A stretch of 62,922 bases of DNA, counting the filler, from Intoshia linei (lineage: Eukaryota > Animalia > Orthonectida): NCBI GenBank assembly GCA_001642005.1. It is 3 parts of 3 records of this genome, joined end to end, with 100 filler letters (N's around TTAATTAATTAA, not from the genome) between each part and the next. Parts side by side here need not be neighbours in the genome. Positions count along the whole stretch, not along the records: positions 21,345 to 40,712 come from LWCA01000741.1; positions 40,813 to 62,922 come from LWCA01000612.1; 1 more part is not named here. One strand, written 5' to 3'. A program made the translations under genes and the position numbers. Each line of letters begins with the position of its first letter. Positions within the stretch are counted from its first letter, which is position 1. Positions 38,521 through 51,542 of this stretch are shown here, in pieces. The notes below the pieces were generated by a model. That model was given only the letters and a program-made list of their open reading frames with translations. It ran no database searches and was not told the origin of the DNA.

Positions 38521-39590
38521 TAAATTGTTAATAATTAAATTGAAATAAATTATATTTATTATCTTTAATACTCAAATACTCGCAGGATCCCTTTTGAAAT
38601 TTAAATTATCAATAGCATCAGAAATTTTGTATTTTACTGAGCAATATTGCTTTATAAGAGTATATAAAAAATAGTAATTGTGCATAATATCTGGTATCAG
38701 CATAAGGTAACGGAATATCTTTAAATAATTCTTTTATTGCATTAGATTTTGACAGACATTGTATGGTACAAATGAACTACACAGGTAACGTGAAACAAGT
38801 TTTTTAATACAATTTCCACACCATTCTCCAAAATAAAATTTTCAGATTTTAATTTTACACTACCGAGAACCATATATGAGGCAGCATGCGTTAAAAGTAG
38901 AATAAAATTATTTGAATTGATATTAACGGAAGATATAACACCAAAAATTTTATTTTTCACGTAAATATTATTTGGAGACGACTCTAATACACCACAGTAG
39001 ACTAAGTAAGAAATTGAAGGTTTACTGGCTAGACCTATAAATACATTATATTTTATATTATTAATTATTTACTTATTAAAAAATTGGAAAATTTTTCACC
39101 GTTGAGATTAGTTTCATCTACTATCATAAAAAACTCTTCACCATTAGATGAATAGTCTTTTATAATATTTAAATTATTCTGGTATAAAGATTTTTCGACG
39201 GACCGCATTGACGTTTCAGAAGGAATAAGAAATTTCATATGATCGAATAATTTTTTCATATGTTTATTTTGTAATTTACTGAAAGGAATATTCGCTGATA
39301 AAAATGCTTTCCCCAAAAGACATTTAAAATTATTATCTGTGCATGATTGGACGGGCTGCACAATTATGTTGGATTAAAGTGAAATTGTGTCTTCAGGTGA
39401 GCATTGATATTATAGTTTTTGGCACTGGAAATTTTTTTGTTACATACCTACAAAAAAGTTCTGAATCGGGTAAAACTAAGACATTCATGACTCTCGCAAG
39501 CTAATTTTATCTGTTTACGACGATTGGTTTCTTTTAAACAAGTATCAAGACTACTATCAAGGCTGTTTTGCATTATAAATATGTGGATTT
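38520..39590 (-). mobile_element. CGGBP1/DUF659-related hAT-like transposase remnant
   Basis: KAFLSANIPFSKL...IPSETSMR...FMIVDET...LLLTHAASYM...FHVTCVVHLYH matches AFLSANIP / SIDET / TDAAPYM / HVTC.AH motifs. Confidence 0.7.
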
Positions 39591-39739
39591 TAATTTGAAT
39601 AACTAATAATAAAAATTGAGGTGATATAGCGTTAAAATCACAAAATAAATAAAAATTGCTAACGTAAAACTGAAAATTGTCATTTTTGTCAATAAACAGT
39701 TACTGTATTTAATGACAAATTGACAATGGTTGCTGTAGT

Positions 39740-39980
39740 TTGAACATACATTTGTATTTTGTTCAGATACATCTTTACTAAGTTTTTCTATTTGTCTCAT
39801 AACAGTATTACGTGATAATTGAAAATCTGCAATCGCAGATTTTATTATGTGTATTATGAGAGCTTTGAAAAAGTTCATCAGAAATTCCGAGAAAACAATC
39901 TGTTAAAAATTGATCATTTGAAAACGGTTTTCCATTTTTTGGTAACATAAATGTAATCGTTTGTTTTCTGACTTTTTACA
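39740..39980 (-). mobile_element. hAT/Buster (GTF2IRD2-like) transposase fragment
   Basis: KNGKPFSND and LSRNTVMRQIEKLSKDV motifs. Confidence 0.6.
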
Positions 39981-40049
39981 AAATATTGACATTTTGTTGT
40001 CCCAAAAATTGTTCCTTAAGGCTCCATAATCTCTTCTGTGTTGTTGAGT

Positions 40050-40300
40050 GAGTGATTCGTTGACTGGCTTTCTTAAATATTTTGAAATTGTTTTTGATTT
40101 GTTTGAATCTATATAATTTCATATACTGTCACAGTTTTGCTTTAATTAGTTTGGATGGGTCATTCCAATACTGCTCAATCCTTGGGAATCATACATATCC
40201 ATAAACAATATTTTTCCAATAAAAGTGTCATTTTCTGTTGCTAATATATACGGGTTTTCGGATATCATAATATTCTTCATCTATTATGTTATTAAATACA
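40050..40300 (-). mobile_element. piggyBac transposase remnant
   Basis: Frameshifted E.DTFIGKILFM / PRIEQYW / M.LYRFKQIK resembles the piggyBac motif FIG.L..M...P....YW...M...RF..I. Confidence 0.5.
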
Positions 40301-40712
40301 AGTGAAATTCGATAACGTAATATTTTTATTTGAATAAATTACAATTTATCGAATATTAAATATTATCTATAACAACTCAAATTGCATTATATAATTGATG
40401 AATTTGATAATTTGTAATTACAATTTATCGAAATTTTATAATTTCTATAACAACTATAATTTTAATAAATTTTATATTATAAAATATTATTTTTATTTAT
40501 ACATTTATGAAAAATAATAACCTTTGCGAACTGAAGGATTATGGCCGTAAGAATATAAAAGTTTACTAACGAGAGTTGACAGTACTATTATACATTTAAA
40601 CGAAGAAAATAAATTTCGTTCTATTTATGAGTGTAATCGTTTCTATTTATATCCAGATATAGTTTCCTGCTATATTTTGATTTGATAGAGTAAATTACAT
40701 TTTGGTCCATGG

Positions 40713-40812
40713 NNNNNNNNNNNNNNNNNNNNNNNNNNNNNNNNNNNNNNNNNNNNTTAATTAATTAANNNNNNNNNNNNNNNNNNNNNNNNNNNNNNNN
40801 NNNNNNNNNNNN
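40713..40812. other. Artificial contig linker (six-frame stop spacer)
   Basis: 44 N + TTAATTAATTAA + 44 N. Confidence 0.95.
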
Positions 40813-41664
40813 GTTTACCCAGTTCTAGTATCTCAAAACCTTAGAAATTTTACACATATTTAAATATGCATATTTATTTAACAAATTTTGTAAATCATAA
40901 TTTTTGACCAAGTATAAATGGTGTCGGTCACTAATGGGTTAACCCCAAAATATAAATATACCTTAAAAGCTCAAATATTCAAGATATCCAATATATACAA
41001 ATCCTTACTTATGTAAACTAATTTACAGTTATAATTGTTATCCTCAGTTATTATTGGGGCGTAGAGTAACATGTTCAAACCACCATGGGATAAAAAATTC
41101 TGACACATCCAAAAGAGTTTGTACGAAAAATATTTTCAATATCAAATAAAAGGAAACAAATAAAATGAAATCCTTGTGCAGAATGTACAATAATTGGAAA
41201 GTAAATTTAACCATTTCTTTAAATTAGAAACGAATTTATCATTATTAAAAAATGAAAATATAATTAAAGAGTTGTGTTGTAAAATACACGTGACAGTTGT
41301 GTCCTTAATAAATAGTTTAAATTAATCATTTTCAAAATTTTCACGCTGTGGACCCTTAAAATGTTTTTATTGGTTATGACCTCTACCGTAAAATCAACTC
41401 ATTCATAATTAATTTCTGTGGTCCCATCGACGTTTTAATGAAGCAATAAAATAAAATTGAAATAATTTCTTTTTAGCTTGCTATTGATGAACTTGAGTCG
41501 AAGCCTATTAATTAAACTTAACAGCATACACTCACTTTAAAGTGGTTAAATTAAATAAATATATTAATTCAATTTCAATTACATTTTCGGTAAATTTTAC
41601 CTGAATAACGACAAATTTAAGATATAATTAAAAGTAACTATTATTTGAATAATAAATGAATAAC

Positions 41665-43209
41665 CATTTTATGTTCTATAAGGTCCCAATCAATTGGAAT
41701 GAAAAAGGGGTGATTCATAATGGTATCTGCGTCCGCGCGACCACCTCCAAGCCTAAATATCTATTAAAAAATTTAAAATAAAATAAAACCTTTGCCTAGG
41801 ATCCTTGTTGAGAAGTCCCTCCAACAAACTTTTGGCATTATTGGAAATTGTGGGAGGAAATCGCATTTTGGTTAGTAAGATTAATTTAAATAAAGTTTCA
41901 TGATCGCTACTATAAAAAGGCAATCTACCGCAAATCATTTCATACATGACAATCCCTAACCCCCACCAATCGACAGTTCTATCATAATCATTATCTTCAA
42001 TTATTTCAGGTGCCAGGTATTCAGGAGTTCCACAAAAGGTTTTAGTGCTTGCCCCGTAAAACATTTCTTCCTTACACAAACCAAAATCTGCAATTTTCAC
42101 GTGGCCGTACCGATCAATTAAAATATTTTCCAACTACAATTTTGTAATTATATTGCATTTAGTTTACCTTTAAATCACGGTATATAATGTTATTTTTGTG
42201 GAGATAATCAATAGCAGAAATAATCTCTGCAGCGTAAAACATTGACCTTTCTTCATTGAATACCTTTTCTCGTGAAAGGTGCAAAAATAATTCTCCACCA
42301 TTAACGTATTCCATTACAAAATAGAGTCTGTCGGAAGTTTGAAAAGCATACAAAAGTTCCTGAGAAAACAAAATAATATTATTATTTTGAAAATTACGGT
42401 TAGGTAGTTGTGTTTAGTAGTTTGCAGAACACGTTTTTCTGTTAGGGTGTGCATTACTTCATTCTATTGAAAAATGAATACAGTATACTAAAAAAACCTT
42501 TGCAATAATGACACTTTTTTTGAGAATTTTAATTGCACATAAATCACCAGTTTGTTTGTCGGAACACAAAACTACTTTACCAAACGTTCCTCGGCCCAAA
42601 ACTTTAATCATTCTGAAATCTTCCATGTTCTATTAGAATTAAATATATGGAACGTCTTTATAAACCTTTTTTTTATTGTTTTCTTTTCGATAATAACAAT
42701 AATCCATTTCGTTTGATTTCATTTCTTCACTGTACATCCCATGAGCAACTTTGCTGATGTAACAAAACCATTCGTCTCTTAAATATATTTAATTTATTTC
42801 ATTAACCCTACCTTTCCGATTCGGTGGCAACTGAAAAGTGTCGCTCGACAACTGTGGTCCATTGCAAACCTCTTATAATAAATGAATTCAACCTTGGTTT
42901 GTCACATTTCATAATTTGGCATTCTAATTATAATCAATAATTTCTTTAAAAAATTTACCTCTAACAGTAAAATTATTATTGCTGTCTGGTATGAGTTTAT
43001 TGAAATCTGGTTTGCATTTGTAACCTATAAATGATCCATCTGAAAGCAGCACAAAATATCTGTTCAACGTGGTTATATTTTTATTTTAAACTTAAACCTC
43101 TGTCTCCAATTTTTTATGTGCTCTCCTATTCATAATTACATTTTTGTTATACAAAAATACCTCTTTTGAACATAAAGCCCTCCTTTATTATTTTACGACC
43201 GTCCAACAT
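41665..43209 (-). CDS. AKT: RAC serine/threonine kinase AKT/PKB (C-terminal tail not found before the contig end)
   Basis: PH domain [22 protein letters not shown]...[11 protein letters not shown]; kinase domain [43 protein letters not shown]. It has nine introns of roughly 34-40 nt. Confidence 0.96.
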
Positions 43210-44753
43210 TAATTTATTTGTATATTTGATGTAATTGTTCAACCAATATACCAATAAACCAATTTTTTTTAATACTCAGAATAAACTCCAATTTAATACA
43301 ATATGCAGACTTAGCAATCGGTTACTATCAGGAATAAATATTTATCTCCAATTTAATAAAGTTTGATGAGTGTTTTACAATCTAATTAATGTCAAATGTT
43401 TATTAATTTAGTGAAACTACATTGTAGTCTCATATGAATGTTACTACCTTACATAGAATAATGGTATTGTATAAAAAAATCCTATCTTATCATATAAGTT
43501 GACCTTTATAACTTTTTAACTTTTTAACACCAAACTGTATATTTTATGAGTTGAGTAAAGTTAATAATAAAATGTAATTAATATCTTATATTACATGGAG
43601 AGTCAAAAGTTTTCATTACCGCCGTACCTCTCCCTAAACGTCTTATTTGGTTACACATTTTCGATATTTTAATCATTACACATGCCAGCAGTAGACCCCT
43701 ACAATTTTTAAAAAATGGAACCTCTATACATTACTTAATCGATCGGTCATTATCTAAAAATTAAAAATAACTAATTAGACTGTTAATAAAACATTTATGT
43801 ATATTTCAAAAATTTTCCAATATTACTTATTAATAAATTTAAAAACTAGGCCCCTCATGATTGTAGGTCTGGGACATATGACCTCTATCCATGGCCTTGC
43901 CTGGACAATGTTCATTGGATTGTAACGATACAAAAAAATTCAAATTTGATGATACAAAATATTAATTTTTGTTCCATTTTGCAAATAATTAAAATAGGTT
44001 ATTACTAGAGCAAGCAAAAGTCAGAAAAGTTAAAATTTTATATGTTAAATAGTTTAACATTTCCAGCATGATGGCACCAATATCGTCATTATTAATTGGC
44101 TAATTAAAATTTTATAAAGTTAATACGGTTAGAAAAGTTAAAAATTTTTCCAAATGTTAGAATTTTTTATAAGTTAATAAAGTTAGATTTTGAAATATTC
44201 AATTATTTACATGTGCATTGTTTTTAAATTTTACAAATCTGAATCTTAATCAAATTTTAATCTAATAATCAGTTAATGCCTAAATTTCCAAAGTCGAGAC
44301 AAGAAAAAATTAATAAAATGCAATTGCGATGTCTCATTTTAAACATTATATATGTGCAGAGTAGGGTGATCACTTTCCTGAAAAAATTATTCAAATTGGT
44401 TAAGTTTGGAACCCGGCCACTTTACATCGAAATTTTTTCCTAAAAAGTTTAAATTAAACTTTAGTTTAATGGTAAAATGTTATAAAAATTTGAATACTGT
44501 ATTTCATAATTTAATGTCAAATAAATATAGGGTAAGTAGAACCAGCTAAATAAGCGTTTTATGAAATTTTATCAGTGATTTCAAATAATTCTCCAGAATA
44601 CATAAGACAACCAAAATTATAAAATTTTTTGAGATAAACATTAAATTTATTTTTTTATAAATTGCAACGTTGCAAAATGCATAGATACTTTTGATTACAT
44701 TAGTTGTGCCTGGACTCTAAATTATAGATGTTTTTTTGTTGAGATGTGACTTA

Positions 44754-47700
44754 ATGGTGCTTTCGGATCAAACAGAATCAAAATTGGAACTTAACCAGGT
44801 GGGAAATGATAGTTTAATGTACGGACCTGATTTTGATGATTCAAATCAATCCAGTTCAGAACCCAACACGTCAAAGTTGTATAAATGTACATTTTGTTTG
44901 GAATTATTCGAATTTGAAACTATTGAAGACTTTTTCCATCACGCCAATGTTTTTCACACAGAATTCAAAAATGGAAATTATAAATGTACCTATTCTCCAT
45001 TAACTTGCTATGCCTGGAATAATATAACCGAATTTGAACAAAATTATCATAACCATTTCATTTCCAATCATTTGCACGGTACTTTTCAAAATATTTAATT
45101 TTAATTAATTAGTTGATGACAATCTTGGACAACGAGAAATGATAATTTGCGAGACAAAGAATACTAAACAAAGCAGGATTGAATACATAAATTCTTTAAA
45201 ACCTAGTTGGTATCCAAAAGTAGATTTACCCCTACTATTAGCAGGTTCTCATTGTCTAAAAAATCAATTTTTCACAAAAACATGGGGATATTCATTTATA
45301 CCTCATGAATATTCTGACAATGCCTTGACTGACGTGAAAATTAAATCTCGCTTGAAAAGATATATAAAGTGCATGAAAAAATTTAAAAATCAAGATTTGG
45401 ATTCAGATTTAAATGATTCAGATTTCGAAAAAAATTTAAATCTAAATATAATACCAAATGAATTGTTTCAAAATAATACGAATGCCATTGAGTTTAATTT
45501 TTTTAAATGCATTTTCATTAAAAATGAAATTTCTGGTAAGGTAAAAATAAAAAATTTGAAATCAGCCATTTTTGATGCTAAACAATCAAAATTAACGCAT
45601 TATCTTGATATTTGTGATTTACTGTTATGTCAACATGTCACAAATAAGAGCGATAAATTTTTGAATGTACTCATGAATCAAGAATACCTGGAATATGAAC
45701 TTAAATATCTTTACGATACTATAAAATACGTCCGCGGCGAATTGGAAACTTCCACGACCAATCTGGTAATTTCAAATTTAAGCATTTTCAAGTTGATTAT
45801 AAAAAAAAGAAACTATACTACTCTTTTGACAAAATTAAAACTAATCTCTCGGGTTAGACGAGTCAAACAGTCCATTCAAACTTTACTGGCGGAAGAAAAG
45901 TTTGATTTGATTATTAATTTGATTAGTGAATGTAAAAATATTATTTGTTTTCAATTAAAAAATGTCAAATGCATTCAAGACAGTTTGGATGAAATGACTG
46001 AAATGAAAAGTCTGATTGGACTTTTGGCAGAAAAACAAATTTGTGATTACATGAAGAATAAGATTATTGTCATTTCACGAATGTCGCTCAATTCTTTGAC
46101 GGGTGATGATAACGATGGTGGTTTAGATATTTTTAATATCATGCAGAATAATGATGAAAACAAGTTTCGTGAAGTCATTAATTTTGTTATTTCGAGAGAG
46201 AGAATGCTGGTTTTTTCAAAAGTTTTTAGGGACACTGTTATTGATCAAATGTGGACATTTTTGTTTGAATTAACTGCACGTTTCGAGTCTCTTAGAATGA
46301 ATGAGATGGATTCGGCTCTTTCTGTTTCCACTGGAAGTAATACTACAGAACCTACCAGTATAGACAAAAAAAGCAACTCGTCCGATGATACTGAATTTTT
46401 TAAAAATTTTTCGATTGATCAAAACAATGTATTTTCCTTTTATGATACTGCTACATTCGTTCATCTTTTAAAATATTTAAACTTGCTTTACTCATTTTCA
46501 CAAAATCTGTTAAAATTACTACAAATCGTTAAATGTCAATTCCAAAATGCAGTTTCCAGTTTTTCAAAATCAGTTCCACAAGATTGGGATAATTCCTGCG
46601 AGTCAGAGGAGTTTATTAATAGAAACAGTTTGGATACATTTATTCAGTTTATAGACAATACGATCATGTATACTTACTGTTTCTTTCTTTATATTATCAA
46701 GCAAATTGTGGCATCCAGAAAACGCATTCTCACCACCTCTACTGTAAATATGACAGATTTTGTTAAAGTTTACAAAAAAATTAATAAAATTGTATCTTTT
46801 ATTAATAAAACCAACATTTATATTGAAACTATTTATAATTCGAGTAATGCAGAAAAATCAGAACTGTCTAACCAAATTACTTATATGAACAAGTTGCATA
46901 TTGTTTACATAAGAATTCATGCATACATTTCATCCAGTATGTCCTTTCTCGCGTTACAGTACCTAAAAAATTTCCATCGAATTCGAAAGAAAAAACTGTT
47001 TTCGTTGATTGAAAATGAGGATTGGCAATGTGTAGAATCACCGTCTTATGTGTGTGATATTATTCGCTTTATTTCAAGTAGCGTTGAACAAAATTCGGAA
47101 GTTAAATCTAATAATACAACAGAATCAGGTATTACGGATGCAGAACAATTTGATTGTGTTTTGTCAACACTGCAAAAGCATAAAAATTTTCGTCTTTTTA
47201 GGTATTTACGTTTTTTTAGAATTGTATATTTATAGGTCTTGTACTTTTTTAACCAAATCATGTGCCGATATGTGTCTAATTTCCAAAAATATTCCTGTAT
47301 TATTAGAAGACGCTCCTACTTATATTTCAGACTTGTACAAAGTATGTATAAACATTTTTTTATGTTTCATTTTATATTTTAGTTGTATCTTGATAAAACT
47401 AAATGTTTATACTTTGATGAAATTACCAGTAAAATGCACGAATTCAAAACTCTTTATAAATTCGGTAAATTATTTTTTAGTCTAACCTTTTTCAACCCTG
47501 AAAATTATTTACTGAAAAGTCTGATGTCATAATGTTTTGATTTTGCATAGTATTTTAATTTAGTTTTGATAAATAAAAGTTGTAGTCAAATTTTTATAAT
47601 TTTTTCCGACCGAATGAAATTAAATATGCTACTATTAAACTCTATTAATATTTAATTTAGAGTTAATTTTTTCTTTTGATCCGTAAATCATGACCAAGTA

Positions 47701-50246
47701 CCCTATCAATCATTCTCAAAAGGGCCCACAGCAGTTTTTTGGGATCCATGAAAAATTTTATAATAGTCAAAAATGTAATGTTTGTTCTGAATTTAGATAT
47801 TTAAAAAATTTATTAAAATGAAAACAAAACGTAAATTAAGAAATACATCAAAAGGTTTTTTTCATTTTTAAAAAAAAGGATTAATTTAGAATTTTAATAT
47901 AAAGATTTAAGTTTCTGAGGTTAAGATTTACGTCAATGGTAACGACTTTCAAACGCCTTTCATAATACAATCAGACTTTTCAATAATGAAACCTAAATGT
48001 CTGATGTTTGACAAATTCACTATTAAACGTTTCTGTGATTTAATTAACATTTTAAGAAATGTCTGAAAAATAACGTTCATTTTACTTATTATAATAATAA
48101 ATTGGTATAATAGTAACCATAAAAATCGTTACACGCACAATTTATATTTTATTTCACCTAATTTTAAATTTAAAATTTTAAAAATATTCTTTTAAAAACC
48201 TATCAAATTTTGACCAAAAATTATCTTCAAAATATTTAAATATTGTATGAAAGAAAATGGTCAAAAGATTTATTTTTTAATATTTTTCATATCATTTGAA
48301 TTGATTTTAATTGTTAATTTAATATTTTCTAAATTAATTATTTGAATATTGAATTTGAATAAAATAATTACTTCCATAATCTTTATCATGGCGTAGTCAC
48401 AGTTTTACAAAAAATCATTTACTGTTAAAAAAATTCATAATTGAGGGTGTTCATTGTTTACGTGTCTAACTATATTCTTTTTTATATATTAGGGCTGATT
48501 TTATTTTTAAAAAAATAAAATTGGTTTTTGACCGTGAAGAACTCAATTTCGGAAAATAAAATTTGCAATGATTCATCACTCTTCAAAAATTTTATCAGCA
48601 TGTGGGTTTTTTAAATAAACGGTAACACACAGACATTAAATTTTATATAAGTAATGGTGTAATGTATAAATTTTTTTGCAATATCATTGTAGGGTCCAAA
48701 GCGAAAAGGGTTTGAGGATGTCGACTTTAAATTAGAGGTTATAATTTATGCGCAGTAATTATGTAGATTAGGGCTGTCCTCACAATTTTTATATAAAACG
48801 TACATCCAACACCCAATTAGGAATTGCAATACCTTCAATTTGATCCCAAACAGAGGTTGCAATTTTAAAAAAACCCACGGACAAAGTCATACAATTTTTA
48901 AAAGATTTTATACTGGGATATGACTTATATCCCAGTGTATAAAACTAATATTTGATTAATTATTTTCTAGGATCAATATTTAATTCTCTTCTTTTTTTGT
49001 CCATGATATCCACTTGTTTATTTCAGTTTTGGAAAACAAATTGTAAAAATTACCTTACCGTATCAAATTTATTTTGCTGTATCAATGAGGTATTTTTTAA
49101 AATAATATTGATTATTTCCCTGTCGTAAATCAGACCGGTATGATAAAAATACCTTTGGGTCTATTTTAAATTTGATAACACTCTGTAACATGAATTTTTT
49201 TAATTGGAAAGGAACCATCAGTAAATAATACGGCACTTGTTGCCTTGGAAAGGTCCTTTTAAAGCTTACTATTTGTTGGGTAAATTAGGAATGTCAAGGG
49301 TTCAGATAATATGTTCATTATCTGTTACAAATTCATTTGTTTTTTTGGCATGAATATATGCAATAATATTTATAACATTTTTTGTTAGGATTATGAAAAA
49401 ACTATGGATAAATGCTCAAAAATGATGAAAACTCTTTTAAAAAATTATATAATGTCTCTATTAGTGAATGTAATATTTTGATTTTGTATATTGACAACTT
49501 TCCAATTTCAACAAAACTGGGAACAGTTGTTTTCCAATTATAATTTAATTTAAAATTTAGTATTCACCGAAAGCACCATCACCTTCACCCGAATTTAGAT
49601 TGATTTGTCATTGCTTAGAAGAATTAAATACAAATGTTAGGCCTATTCTTATTAATTTGGCATATCCTAAATATATAGACATTTCTCAATTATTTCATAA
49701 TACATTTCTGAATCGATTATTACATACTATTAACCAAAACAATATAGAAAATGATATGTAACAATTTTGATCAGTGGTTCCCAAAGTCAGCGATATATCC
49801 CCAGGGCGGTGACAATATTTAAGGGGCAATTGAACAAAATTGAACGATTATTAAATTTATTTATTATTTTACATTTTACGTTTACTGTGCATTTCAACAA
49901 TGTAATTACAAATTCCAACATTTTTTTATACAAATTTGTAATTGTAATGTTGAAATGCACTGTGATGCTATTGTAAATATAAACCTGTTATTATTACGTT
50001 TATGCAATTATGAATTTTAATCTTTTAAAAGGACCACAATTATTTTACGGTGGCTTTGACAGAATATGACCGAAAAGTGGCCGATATACAAAATAAGTTT
50101 TGGAACCACTGATTTAGAGTTTTTCAATTACATTACATGTTAGGTTGCTTAAAGTGGACATTGCTTATTATCAAAGAACTATACAAGTCTATTCAGAAAT
50201 AAAAGATAAAACATTAGAATATATTTTAACGTATTTAAATATATAA
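44754..50246 (+). CDS. VPS54: Vacuolar protein sorting-associated protein 54 (GARP subunit) with N-terminal C2H2-like fingers
   Basis: FFTKTWG, QSKLTHYLDIC..L..HV..KS..F, LIENEDW, PSPEFRLIC and LLKVDIAYY match VPS54 motifs (FFTKTWG, QEKLSHYLD, PS.CFRNIC, LVTADVAFY). Confidence 0.88.
49772..50111. mobile_element. hAT/Buster MITE in the last VPS54 intron
   Basis: TIRs CAGTGGTTCC / GGAACCACTG, with flanks ATTTTGAT and ATTTAGAG. Confidence 0.65.
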
Positions 50247-50435
50247 AATTGTATATTTTGAACCCACCAATTAATTAATAAACATTTTAATTCATACATA
50301 AATATAATTCGAAATTTATTTCAATTGTCATATTTATATGGTAACCAAATAAAAATAGCGCCAAATAATTATAATTTAACAACTAATTTTATTTTATTGC
50401 ATTTTACGTTTGTCTTAACTGGATTGCATCTTGAA

Positions 50436-51503
50436 ATGGCGCAAATTTTAAACTCACCTCCCAACGATTTGACATCAAAGGTCGAATTTGGTTTAAATCA
50501 AAAAGTAATTTTGGGAGTTACATCCTGGGACTGTTCCTTTCGTTTGTATGATCCAATAAAAAACAACATTATAAAAACATGTTTATTTAAAAAACCATTG
50601 TTGGATTTTTCTTTTAATGAAAATGCCTCTGTCGCATACATTTCATCAGTCGAAGGAGAACTGACATCCATCGATATTGAGAAAGTGTTTAGCGAAGAAC
50701 TTATAGGATCTCACAAATTAGCAATCAGCTGCGTTAAATACGATCAGACTAACGGTGTAGTAGTGACTGGATCATGGGACACTTATGTAAATATATGGGA
50801 CCCAAGAAGTCAAAATAGATTGGTTACTCAATTCAGTCACAATCTAAAGGTATACTTAACTTATATATTTTTAAATTAAATTGAAAACTAGATTTACAGT
50901 ATGGATCTTTGTGGTCCCAACAAATTTATAGTAGCGACTGATAATCAAAAAGTGATGTTGTGGGATGTACGAAAAAACACTGAACCAATTTTTACACGTA
51001 ATAACAATTTGAAATGTATAGGTGGTTCAATTTCAGCATTACCCGATGGATCCGGGTATGCTATCTCTTCATATGAAGGTCGTATATCAATAAATTACGT
51101 CGAAGACAGTTTAAACAAAACCAACGGTTTCAATTTCAAGTGCCACAGAGTTTCCGACTCTTCAACAGATATTATTTATCCTGTTACATTTTTAAAATTT
51201 TTACAATACAAAAATTCAAGACCATATCTGATGAGTGCTGGCGGTGACGGGAAAGTACTATGTTGGAATGTCAAAGAAAGAAGACGCATTTTTAATTCAA
51301 CCAGATACACCTCTTCCATAAGCTCTGTTTGTGTAACGCATGAACCTGCTCTCATTGCCACTGCAGTCGGAAACTTACTACCGGTAGGTTCAGACGGACT
51401 ATATACAAATGAATTTGATTACAATGTATGCTCTAAAGAAAAATATTGGATAAACGTTCAACCCTTTGATATTAAATCTGTGTACAAAGGTTTACAAAAT
51501 TAA
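50436..51503 (+). CDS. BUB3: Mitotic checkpoint WD40 protein BUB3
   Basis: Exons 50436-50849 and 50892-51503. Motifs: LNSPPND, TSWDCSFRLYD, TGSWD, SSYEGRI, FKCHR, IYPV, AGGDG. Confidence 0.9.
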
Positions 51504-51542
51504 ATGTATTACATATTATACAAGTACTTTATATTGCATGTC

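Noticed and set aside
40813-41664. AKT lacking its C-terminal hydrophobic motif
   Set aside because: The last recognised exon ends at a GT donor and the contig ends ~850 bp later, so the missing exons are most likely on another contig.
46047-47261. Antisense short ORFs over VPS54 (also 20129, 24361, 51176, 61016, 6109, 10282)
   Set aside because: They are shadow ORFs opposite real coding sequence.
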